Position numbers and translations under genes: made by a program
Assembly (NCBI RefSeq): GCF_002113885.1
Contig: NW_018408322.1
Coordinates: 910,570 to 974,569 of the forward strand
DNA: 64,000 nucleotides
Source: Mizuhopecten yessoensis
Lineage: Eukaryota
Direction of reading: 5' to 3'
Part shown: one piece after another, positions 52,752 to 64,000 of the stretch
Layout of the letters: every line of letters begins with the position of its first letter
How positions within the stretch are numbered: position 1 is the first letter of the stretch
The notes under the pieces: model-generated
Database searches by the model: none
What the model was told of the DNA's origin: nothing
Seen by the model: the letters and a program-made list of their open reading frames with translations, nothing else

Positions 52752-55700
52752 TTAATGCCAGTTGTGACTTGCGATAAGGTGTTTAGCACGCGCAACTACG
52801 TCATTGCTGTAGTCATTTCCGGTTGTGCCAACGTCAAGGTGGGCCCAGGTCTGGACGTTGCTAACTCCTGAGTTGTAGGCAGCGATACCACCTGTCAATC
52901 AAATGGAACCAGATGTAAATACCGGAAACAAATCACTGATCAAACGTTTTCTGGGCTTCGTTTATTTCGAATGTTATATTCGCATCTATCTCGAGATAAT
53001 GCAAGTTGAATGAAATATGAGAATGAATATGTATAAGTACGTTAGTAATTGTTTTCAAGTTGTCAGAATAAAATGTCTTTTGTAATTGTACATGATGTTA
53101 ACTGACATGAATAAAATAGGGTTTAAAGTAAAAAACTAATGGAATAGGTCTCCTGTCGATATTGAATGAATGCCAAACATTGCGAAGCAACTTTTAGCGA
53201 AAAAAACTATGACAATGTACACAGTAAGTATAGATTGAATGGTGTCCAAACTAAAACACAAAGTTGCTAGCAAATTCATATATATATATATATATATAGG
53301 TTCAACAAGCAACTGTTGATGAATCTGAGCTGCCCGATGAACGCATAAATAGGCCAAAGCGATAGCAACTCTTTGTTCTGGTATGTTTTTTTTTATTCAT
53401 ACAGTAGCATACGTTAAATTATAATGCTTATCTCGAATGTTAAACTCGAACCTATTTCGAGATATGCAAGATAAATGAATTTTGGTTTGGTTTAATTTTG
53501 TTTCACGTTCTATTTACAGCTAATGTCATTTAAGGACGTACCTCCTTGTGTGTAGTGTATGAGCGCTTGCGTGTGTGTATGCAGGAGACAGGGTATGTTG
53601 GCGTTCTTGCCTCCTTGTGATAGCGCGGATCTGATGCCGACGTTATAGTGCTATCTCACTGAAATACCACGCCGAAGGCACCAAGCACAGCATTTCGCCC
53701 GGTCACATTATACTGACAACGGGTGAGCCAGTTGTTGCCATTCCCCTAAATGCTGAACGCTAAGCAGGGAATAACAACTACCTTTTTAAGGACTTTGGTA
53801 TGTCTCGATCTGGGGACAAAAAACCCATTGCCTTCCTCACCTGGGCGAATGCTCAACATTAAAGCCAAAAGTGAGGTGTTGCCAAGCAAGGCGCTAGGAA
53901 ATATAAGGTTGTTAGAAGTAGAAAGAAATGTAATGATACCAAATATTGCTATGGGTTAAGCAGATTTATTTTGGTCGCTTTTGTGTCCCCAAATAGAGGA
54001 CAAATAAAGCAAATCCCAAATTCTGCAGGGGGTTCCTACATTAATCGCCTCCCACGATACATGGAGTGGGTAACAGCAGGTGTATTCTTATCTCGATCCC
54101 CCACATGCAGGGGTGGCAAGATGAATGAAATGACTTACTCTCAATATTGAATTAATGGCGAACATTTCAAAATGGGTTTAGAGAAATTACAATGCATATA
54201 TTATACAACGCATATTTTACAGAATTTCAACAACTTGCAAACTTTGTGAAGACATTTGGGTACTTACCTTGTAGCTGCTGATCCCGAGACCACGTGGGGT
54301 GCTTATGCGCCACCTGGTTGACGTAGGGAACAAGAACCTCGCTGACCATTTGTTCGATGTGTTCACAGCTGTCCCAAGCATACTTCTGGCAGGAGTGGTA
54401 GCGGATGTCACACTAGAGAGACAAGATCAGAAGGAGGTCGTGTAATGGAGGTTTGTAATACGTAGGGGATACCCCTACTGTGTATTGTGATTTGTGTCAG
54501 TTTACCGCGATTATACGAGAGCAATTCAATAAATTCTGTCATCCCACAGCTCCCGTACGAACGTTCAGCGCCGAAGTAGACTGCAAAAGCATTTAAAGAG
54601 CAATGCACGTGCAAAAATTTCGACATCAGCCGACAATAATTTAACGAGTAATTCCTTGTTGAATGGTATGCACTCGTGACTAGTGACTACTTTTCAATGC
54701 TACAAATGAATCTAGCTAATTCGTGACAATGCCTTATCCCGAAAAAGCAATATTTGTAAAGGCATTTTTGAAGGAAGAGAAAATGGCCAAGATTGACCAC
54801 CCGCCATATATCTAAGTCCATGTGACTTCTTTCTGTTTCCTTTACTAAAGGCGAGGACTACCGGGCAGCGTCAACGTCATGAACAGTGCGATTGCGAAAG
54901 ATTATAAACAACCTACTTGTAATTCCTTACATCGGTGACAAAATGTATTGCATGACCCTCGTACTGGAGATTGAGAATCTAAGGTAGGCATTAGAATGTC
55001 ATTGTTTCGCAATTGTTGTATAATATATAAAGTTTACTTTTGGGTAAAGCGTTCAAGTGACTAAGACTGACTTAGCCAGATATGTCCGTGACCGGTACAG
55101 GACAGTGATTACCTGTAATATACCGTAAGCATGGTGATGGTCTCCCCATCCTCCTGTTGACGTCAGAAGACGTCCTCCACGTGATTCCCGACTGGCCAAG
55201 GCAGCAATTACCGACGGCTGGATACCTGATGGCGGGAAAACACATACATGTATTTTCAAACAGGTATGCTACCGGTATTCATCAATCAAAATTAAACAGA
55301 CATTAATCAATCAAACTGCATACAACGGTAAGTACTCCACAAAGATCATACTGGTTCACGCAAATATTTTCTACGTAATGTTCATACAGATGTTTACTTA
55401 TAAGGTTCATAGAAATATTTTCTATTGAAGGTGCGTGGCAAATCGTGGGAGGATCTCGTTGAGCGTAGTTTGGTCGGAATGGGATTTCCTAGGTCGGGTA
55501 GCTTCACGCTTTCCCCACGCTTATATTGAACATGCACAAGCTAAGCGTAGCCGGGTCGTGGCCAAAAAAAGCGGGGCAAAATCTTATTCTGAACGTAGTT
55601 GGCACGCCATTATCGTACAAGCAGCGTGGACCAAACGTGGGAGGATCTTCATGTGCGTAAAAGCATCGTGGTGAGATTTCTGTGGTCTTAATGAAAACGC

Positions 55701-58109
55701 GGCACCGTCGGCAACTATTTCGAGCCGTTTTAATTACGCTTTTACCGTGCTCCCGATACGCTCCCTCTACGCTCAATACGATCTAGAAGCGTACTAGAAG
55801 CGTAATATGGTCAGCACCAGAAAAGCGTCACACAGTCTTCTAGGTCTGTGTAACAATGTAGTATGTTCCTGTACGTCGTAGTGGCAACGTACTTGTAGTA
55901 GAAACGACCGCTTGGTCGGCATTGGTCTAGGTGTAATCGTAGTGACAGCGAGTCAGCAGCGCTTTTGACGTAGAAGCATCGCAGTACAGTCGTGATGTAA
56001 TTTTTAATTTGGCTGAATTTTGACGGCGATAATGCCCCGATTTGATATTCGTTTTTCAAATCGGGGATGATCGGTATGGTCTTCGCAAGGTCGCAGAGCT
56101 GTGTGAATGGGGTAGAAGGTTCACAAACATATTTTTATTTTATTTTCCTTTCAAAGCTTATACAAAGATTTACCTAAAGTTCAATAATGTTTATACCACA
56201 CCAATTTCATGCATGTACATGAATTTGTGTTTTCCTTATAAACCTGGTCATGTACTGACATTATGCCGCGCCCACCTGCTCGCGTACTGACATTATGCTG
56301 TGCCGGACTGGTCGTGTTCATGTATTACGCCGCGCCCGCCTGGTCGTATACATGTATTACGCCGCGCCCGCCTGGTCGTATATAGGTATTACGCCCCGCC
56401 CGCCTGCCGCGCCCGCCTGGTCGTATACATGTATTACGCCGCGCCCGCCTGGTCGTATACATGTATTTCGCCGTGCCGTCTGGTGGTGTACTGACATTAT
56501 GCTGCACCTGCCTGGTCGTGTAGTGCCATTACGCCGCGCCCGCCTGGTCGTGTAGTGATATTACGCTGCGCCCGCCTTCTCGTGTACTGACATTACGCTG
56601 TGCCTGCCTGGTCGTATACAGGTATTACGCTGCGTCCGCCTGGTCGTATACATGTATTACGCCGCGCCCGCCTGGTCGTATACATGTATTACGCTGCGCC
56701 CGCCTGGTCGTATACATGTTTTACGCCGCGCCCGACTTGTCGTGTGCATTACTATTTTGCTCTGATTTTTTGGTGTACTTACAGTGCGCCGCGCCTGATG
56801 CGTAGTAACAAGATTTCTTGTTGTTCAGGTCATGCAAATCGTAATCTACGTCATGGTTGGATGCAGCGACACCTGTTGGGAATAAATGTCAATTGTTTTA
56901 GACTCTCTATGAGGTTCAAAATATTTAAAAAAGACTACTTTCTACAAGCTGAAGTCATGAGATCAGAGGACCTCTACATAAGTGACTTAATTCAAATAAG
57001 GACCACGAAATACTGCAAAATGTTCCAAATTTTCCAGGGGGGATGAGGAAAATGGTGAAAAGACATGTTTTTTAAAGAAAATGTTCAGGTGGGTTCTTGA
57101 AGCTTAAAAAGACCCATATGGGAATGCGTTAGCATTAGTGTCACTTCTGATAATATAATCTTTAAAATTAGCTAATGATTACGATATTTTGGTAGAAGCT
57201 ATATTTCACATCCTATGGTCTTTTCGTAAAAATCCCAAATCCACTTTTTTGATTATTGATTCAAAACAAGCTTCGATAGTACCTCCATTGTGTTCACCGG
57301 TGGGGTGGAGTCGTCTGACGTCACCATGGCAGGTGTATGACGCTGAAACAAAAAGCAATTTGCAACACGAATGATAAACTTATTTTTCCGGATTTAATGT
57401 CTGGAGAGGGATATCCAAATACGGATATATTAATAGGTTCTTGAATGGATGGAGGCTTCCCAAAACAACTTCATCAGGTGTACCCCTGGTACATGTACAT
57501 GTACTTCCGTGTTTGTTGTTGATTTTGGTTGATAGAATCGTTGTTGGTTTTTTTTCATTTATATATCTAAAAGTCATTTGTTTCAAAATATATACTTGAG
57601 AAAGTTGTTTTGGGAAATATTTTTTCAAAATGACATATAGTCATCAACATGAAATTAGAAACACATAACTTTTTGGCCTTTTTCCTTAATTTTGTTGCAA
57701 AGGCGTCAGTGCAGCAGGTTTAATATATATTGTGCAAGAATACGAAAATAAATTTTACAATCAACTTCTCCTTACAGTATTAAACGTGTTTGATGGAATA
57801 TGTTTTTGCGCAACAAACATTCATATAAAGTTACAATGCATTTTAGTATATTGTTGAAAAATTCAAAACCCGAGGAACATTAATATTATATTTCAGATTG
57901 GGACATTGTTTTCGCTTTGAAATTTATAAATATAAAGAAGCGACGTCATATCTGAAACAACATACAAATATATATATTTTCTTTCTAGTTATTTTTCTGA
58001 TTTAAAGAAATAAAAAATCCCCTGAAACAAAAAATAAAATATTAAGAAAAGTACCTGCCCATGCACCGGTGCTGATAGCAAGAAGCGTGACTATCACAAG
58101 CGGGTTCAT
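52752..58109 (-). CDS. lyg: Goose-type (g-type) lysozyme, copy B, 6 coding exons, 200 aa, secreted
   Basis: Exons on the minus strand: 58055-58109, 57283-57342, 56783-56872, 55113-55225, 54268-54412, 52752-52891. GT-AG introns; total 603 nt. Protein: [200 protein letters not shown]. Confidence 0.97.
53480..54115 (-). mobile_element. Meta-domain-like SINE with ~14-bp TSD in intron 5 of lysozyme B
   Basis: TSD gcaagataaatgaa (53466-53479) / gcaagatgaatgaa (54116-54129). Reverse strand has accaaagtccttaaaaaggtagttg..cctgcttagcgttcagcatttag..tcagtataatgtgaccggg..tttcagtgagatagcactataa and an (aaacc)n tail. Confidence 0.8.
55433..56114. mobile_element. CpG-rich non-autonomous DNA transposon fragment in intron 3 of lysozyme B
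   Basis: Abrupt GC/CpG-rich block flanked by gaaggt on both sides, ending gtgtgaatggggta. Copy A reads ctattgaaggttcacac uninterrupted at ~25385-25401. Confidence 0.6.
56240..56780. repeat. 32-bp GC-rich minisatellite next to the exon 3 donor, copy B
   Basis: Roughly 16 units; dominant variant gtattacgccgcgcccgcctggtcgtatacat. Confidence 0.93.
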
Positions 58110-58739
58110 CGTTGAAATCTGGCCGACGAGACGAATGTCCTGAAGACTAGTCAATGCCATAGAGCATATGTCTTATCTTCGGTAGATTGAGTATATTTAG
58201 AATGGCTTACACTAAGGGCCCTCTAGGTCAGTCACGTATATTATTGCTTACGTGTCCATTCATTATTCGTTACTGTCTGAACGAGAAAACACATACTCAC
58301 TGGATACCACAAAATATTATTTACCAAATTTGATTACTTATACCTTATTTAGTTTATCTCCGACATAAGCCAAATAGGATTTTTAACAAATATATTTATT
58401 TTAAACTCCATCACAGAAATATTAAATCTCAATGAAAAATCTGAATAATTTAGTTTAAAGGGGTTTGACCTTGCAATGGTAACTAACTCCTGCTTTCGTA
58501 ACTGTAAATTAACACAAATGAAAAAACAACATATGTATAGATACATACACGTGTACATATGTACACGGTATCTACACAAGACAGAGAAATCTCAACCAAA
58601 GTTTAAGATTCTTAAATGTCTAGCCTGAGGCTTTGCCGAGGTTAACCTTCGTGCTGGACAGCCAAACTCTTACCCTCAGGTTAAGATTTCCCTGTCCCCG
58701 AACCACACCCATGAAAGGGTTTTCATTGAATCTAAATTC

Positions 58740-58887
58740 TATGGTGGCTTATATATGACATTTCGTCGTTTCGCTTTGTCGCCCACGAAATAAGGGTTTT
58801 CGTCTTTTCGTTATTTCACTTTTTCGCTTGGCGTTATTTCTCGGGCGACAAAGCGAAAAGACGAAATGTCATCTATAAGACGCCATA
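58740..58887. mobile_element. Small foldback MITE with ~54-bp TIRs, specific to unit B
   Basis: tatggtggcttatatatgacatttcgtcgtttcgctttgtcgcccacgaaataa / ttatttctcgggcgacaaagcgaaaagacgaaatgtcatctataagacgccata. Flanks aaattc/atattc; empty site gaatctatattctacg at ~46800-46815. Confidence 0.82.
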
Positions 58888-59067
58888 ATATTCTACGAAC
58901 GAAACGAAATATGTCCCGATAATATCCAGAATCGGGAGCCATGGAATTTCTCAAAGTAAATTATTACGAGTAGTCTCCCATCGTACATAAACGTTACTCT
59001 TGTGGAGGTTCTCTTGGTGAGGAAATTAACAAGACTTTTATTTCTCGATATAATTTTAGTAATGTGC

Positions 59068-59418
59068 ATTCTCGATATCCAGGGGTTACGCTCACTTTCG
59101 CTCTCTGCACCCCTGAAATATGTCATAGCAAAACCGACGGCACGAATAAAGCTGTTTGATTGGTGTCAGGTAAAAAAAAAGACCAATTGCTAGGCTGATA
59201 CCTGTCCTTTAAAGATTACAAAGCAGAGACGTCCGACTTCAAAGCCTGTCAATGTTTACCGTTACGTGACCGCGAGATTCTTTTGATGTACAACAAAGGA
59301 TCAAACTAGTATTCTTGTCTCATCCACAAGGTGGCGCACACCGAGCCTTCACTTTTGCTATGACATATTCCAGGGGTGCAGAGAGCGAAAGTGAGCGTAA
59401 CCCCTGGATATCGAGGAT
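59068..59418. mobile_element. MITE with ~65-bp TIRs, specific to duplication unit B
   Basis: ctcgatatccaggggttacgctcactttcgctctctgcacccctgaaatatgtcatagcaaaa and its reverse complement at 59353-59415. Absent at ~46990 in unit A. Confidence 0.85.
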
Positions 59419-60919
59419 TAGTAAAGTATGAGGAAGTGATAGAGTAAAAAAGCTACTAGCTTGTACATTTCTCCTCTATTGTTTTGAAGTTGGCACTTCC
59501 TATTTGCTAATTGATTTTTTACTCTCGATAGCCGATTATTCCCCATATTGAAGTTAATATTCAAAGAGGAAGTATAACATGAAATAGCCTAGCTAGTACT
59601 ACCCCTGAAGTATGTATTTAAGTATAGAAACTGATGGCTTGCTGCTTCTTTCCACGGGGAACCTTCCATATACAACTAGTGATAGTTTATTTTTAGAATA
59701 TTAACATCAATAATTTATCTCATATTATTAATGCAAATCAAGGGGAGTTGTTTAAAAATGGATATGCGGTACATTGTTCACCATGTTTAACCTCTTTAAT
59801 TAAAAATTTGACTCAGGTAAAGGTAGGACGAGCGCCGTCCGCTCGGACATGGGAAACAGATGGGAAGAAAATACAACATATATGGCAATCCCTTAACGCG
59901 CTTCGTTCAGCACACACACACACACACAAAACAAAAATACTTTAGTCCATATTCAATAGATTATGTGGTTTCTCGGCTCTCAAGGAATTCGTATGTCAAA
60001 TTGTACGATGATTTTTAATCATATTTGGCTTGATATAGTGTCCATATAAAATGCGAAACGATAGCGAAACGAAAAGAAGCGAAACAGAATTGAATACAAT
60101 TGAATGTAAATTCTACAAACGAAACAAAAGATGTCTCGATATTCAAAAAGAGTAATTTTCTAGAATCAGGAGCAAAGACATTTTCTGAAAATAAATTATT
60201 ACGAGTAGTCTCCCTTCATGTATTGTCATTTCGGAGTTTGTTCCTTCTCCTTCAGAATGGTTTCTCTAGTCAATCGTATCACACTTTTCAAAATAACAAA
60301 AATGGTCGAGGAGAAGGATGTGACGTTACAACTGTGGAATTTTATTAGTGGAAATGCAGTAATACCATAACATACATTAAAACATCGATATAATGCCCCT
60401 CATGTATCTACAGTAAAACCTCGATATAACGCCCTCATTTTATTTGCCACCTCGTTTACAACAAAGACATTTCAAGGTCATCTTTTCTCTTTTTCTTAAG
60501 AATTCCTTTACATTTTTACCTTAATTTATTGCCAAACTTTTTATAATATTTTTCTGGACAAATGATGGCAGGATAACGTACACCACTATTTTTACGAAAA
60601 TGTACAATTTCAGGACAAATGGAAATGAACAAAGATGTTGACCGATGCTTGAGTTCAGCAGCATTGAGCATTCGCTCCAAGAAGCGGACAGTCCAGTACT
60701 ATGTGTCCAGGGGCAGTATACTAAAGACCAAGGAAACCTTAGTGACACCGTATATGCCATTTTCAGCTTGGTAAATATTGTTTTTATTTGGTTTGTTCAG
60801 TGTTCAGTGACATATGCTGGACACACGACGAGGAATGCCTACCAGACACAACTAGAAAGAAAGACCTGGTAGAAAAAGAAGACGAAGTACCAATTGTTGA
60901 AACTAAGGCATTATATCAT

Positions 60920-61510
60920 GTTTGGTTGGCTGGCTGGTTGGTTGTTTAGTGCTTAACGTCTTTTAATATCAGCAGCTAAGGTCATTTAAGGACGTGCCTC
61001 CATGTGTATTGTGTATGCGTGCTTGTGTGTATGTGTGCCGGAGACCGGGTATGATGTTGTGTTTGTGATAGGGCGGATCTCATGCCGACCTTATAGTACT
61101 AGTCTCACTGAAAAAACATGCCAACGGCACAAAGCACAGCATTTCGCATGGTCACATTATACTGACAACGGGTGGACCAGATGTTGTAATTGCCCTTAAT
61201 GCTGAGCGTTAAGCAGGGAACAACATTTACCATGTTTAAGGGCTTTGGTATGTCCCGGCCTGGGGACAGAATCCATTGCCTTCAAAGCCAAACGTGAGAT
61301 ATTGCCTAAGCAAGGTGCTAGGAAATTAAAGATAAATAGTAGTAAAGAGAAATGTTAAGATCCTAAATATTGTAATGGTTGCAGCAGATTTATTTTGGTC
61401 GCTTTTGATTTTTAGTTAACCCTCAGCAGGAGACAAAAGCAAATCTCCGATTTTAAAGTGGACCAGCATTGTTCGCCTTTCATGATAAGATACCGTGGAA
61501 AACAGTAGAT
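60920..61510 (-). mobile_element. Meta-domain-like SINE at the end of duplication unit B
   Basis: Same family; paralog of 52103-52584. Confidence 0.75.
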
Positions 61511-63079
61511 CTGTTATTTCAACGTATCTACAGGGGGTGACTCTGTACATACAGATTTTTTTTATTAGCGATTGTACGAATAAGGAGAAAGTCTGCCACT
61601 CGACAGAGGCGGGCCTAGGTTTGGACTATATACACTGTTTACAGTTAGCAGAAAGTGGAAATTTATCAAAGTTTTTATTTGATTTGTATATTTAAGCCAA
61701 ATTCCCATTTGAATGTGAACGTGGCCCGTTAAAGGGAACTGAATCAAGCCCTTTAAGTACATCACAATAATATTCATGACGCTAAATACATTTTTGTATT
61801 TTCTTTAAGTACTTAGTTTGAACCGGTTTAAGTTTAATACTTAACGGGAAATGACAAGAAAAAAAATAGTCATAATTAGAAAAAAATGATTTTAAGGTCA
61901 GAACATACTGACACGCAAAGGAAAATGCAACCTCCAATTTTCGGTAAATATATTTTGAATATTTCATTCAAAAATTCCGTTTAAGTAACAGAGCCAATTA
62001 AAGATACATCTATTCTATTGGATAATTCAGTTGATTTAGCGCAAGCAACGATCACTTTGGCAAAACAACAGTCAAGATTGAGGAGCGGGTGGAAATTGGA
62101 ATTTTCCGACTTCAATAACGGGTATGATCCCCGAAATGGAAGAATATACAGCAAAAGTACAACAAATTTGATACTATCCAGGTTTTGATAACATGTTGGG
62201 CTGATAAGTAAACAATTATATGGCGATAATGGTATATGACTGTAGGAGAGGACGACCCCTCCCCCTTGCAAAGAATTCGTGGAAGTAGATAAAATGTTTA
62301 GCGGCAGTCCCTCCAGGATTAGGAACGAAGGAAAGTGTAAATGATTTTTCTCAGAAAGAGAAATTTTCAGCAAATTCTTCTATTTGTTGAAAAAAAATTC
62401 ATCGAGTAATGATAAGGCTTATTCTCCTATAAATAAAAAGAGGCGAAAAGATTTGAAAGTACCAACTTATTTTGTTTTATAAAATATTTAGAAAATGCCA
62501 TTATGGTTATCTATATTTGTCAAGGAACAGTACAATTAAGGGGTAGTAATGTAGACTGTATGATCATGCATAAAAGAAATTTATTTTATGTGACCCGATT
62601 GAGTATACACAATAGCCAACGTCATCATTGACAATGTGATTTTATATTGCCGGTTGCCATAACAACCGTTTTAAATGTTCTTTTTCAGATGCAGCAACAC
62701 CGAACAAAGTCATTCTAAAGCACAGAGCGGCGTACGGACGTAAACAAACTCGACGAAATCATCTGCTGCCGAAATGTACTGTGCATTCGCTCTCTCACCA
62801 CCGACATTTCGTAGACGTCTTCGAAATCAATCACTTGTATGACATACATAACTCAAAGGAGAATACAGGGAGGACAACCGTCTTTTGTTTTATCGACAAC
62901 ACCCGCTACGCAAAATTCTGACAAATCCAAATGGTGTCGCGTTCCTGCAGAAAAAAACGCGGCAATGGCAAACTATTCATTGTTGTACGACATACGGATA
63001 TTTTCTCGTTATTGTTGTAAGCATGTATCAATGTGTCCTTGTAACCCCAAACAATTGAATATAAAAATGTTCGCCAGGC

Positions 63080-64000
63080 TATTAAGGATAGGCTTATACT
63101 AGATTAAGGTTAGGCTTATACTAGATTAAGGATAGGCTTATACTAGATTAAGGGTAGGCTTATACTAGATTAAGGATAGGCTTATACTAGATTAAGGTTA
63201 GGCTTTTACTAAATTAAGGATAGGCTTATACTAGATTAAGATTAGGCTTATACTAGATTAAGGATAGGCTTATACTAGATTAAGGATAGGCTTAGACTAG
63301 ATTAAGGTTAGGCTTATACTAGATTAAGGTTAGGCCTATACCAGATTAAGGATAGGCTTATTCTAGATTAAGGTTAGGCTTATACTAGATTAATGATAGG
63401 GTTATACTAGATTAAGGTTAGGCATAAACGAGATTAAGGATAGGCTTATTCTAGATTAAGGTTAGGCTTTTACTAAGTTAAGGATAGGCTTATACTGGAT
63501 TAAGGATAGACTTATAATAGATTAAGGATAGGCTTAAACTAGATTAAGGATAGGCTTATTCTAGATTAAGATTAGGCTTATACTAGATTAATGATAGGGT
63601 TATACTAGATTAAGGTTAGGATTATACTAGATTAAGGTTAAGCCTATACTAGATTAAGGATAGGATTATACTAGATTAAGGTTAGGCATAAACGAGATTA
63701 AGGATAGGCTTATTCTAGATTAAGGTTAGGCTTTTACCAAATTAAGGATAGGCTTATACCAGATTAAGGTTAGGCTTTTACTAAATTTAGGATAGGCTTA
63801 TACTAGATTGAGGTTAGGCTTGTACTAGATTAAGGATAGACCTATACTAGACTAAGGATAGACTTATACTAGACTAAGGATAGGCTTATACTATATTAAG
63901 GATAGACTTATTCTAGAGTAAGGATAGGCTTATACTATATTAAGATTAGGCTTATACTAGACTAAGGATAGGCTTATACTATATTAAGATTAGGCTTATA
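63080..64000. repeat. 22-bp minisatellite (ttaaggataggcttatactaga)n running off the window end
   Basis: About 42 tandem copies with alternating gata/gtta variants. Confidence 0.95.

Larger units (their letters stand above)
21230..61395. repeat. Tandem segmental duplication carrying the lysozyme gene: unit A ~21230-52585, unit B ~52586-61395
   Basis: Collinear homologous blocks: 21275-21950/52730-53465, 22710-23900/54117-55335, 25380-26640/56115-56920, 32150-32938/57130-57945, 39336-39550/57943-58160, 45508-45830/58175-58500, 46560-47188/58550-59613, 50802-52584/59610-61393. Confidence 0.93.

Noticed and set aside
61981-63080. ORFs 61981-62373 (-), 62839-63102 (+) and an acceptor-like site at ~62688
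   Set aside because: No recognisable domain or consistent exon chain; cannot be supported without expression data.

Overview
AT-rich animal genomic DNA, most likely a bivalve mollusc. The lysozymes and repeat families look scallop-like, but this is inference. The main genic content is a tandem pair of intact six-exon goose-type (g-type) lysozyme genes on the minus strand, which the ORF track misses: copy A at 21299-39500 (201 aa) and copy B at 52752-58109 (200 aa). They lie in a tandem duplication. Unit B (~52.6-61.4 kb) is compact. Unit A (~21.3-52.6 kb) has been inflated about 3.5-fold by a minisatellite expansion, a triple-nested LINE/Helentron-like/LINE stack, a near full-length RTE-X-like LINE, a Gypsy element with very short LTRs and a probable self-priming site, and a composite-like DNA transposon. 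That transposon has ~460-bp long terminal direct repeats (each with its own TIRs), a DDE transposase and a His-Cys/His-Me-finger endonuclease (KolobokP architecture), and sits ~50 bp upstream of the copy A start codon. Each paralog supplies the empty site for the other's insertions. The first 20 kb and last 2.5 kb hold SINEs, MITEs, minisatellites and an assembly gap, with no gene I can support. All alignments and counts were done by eye.
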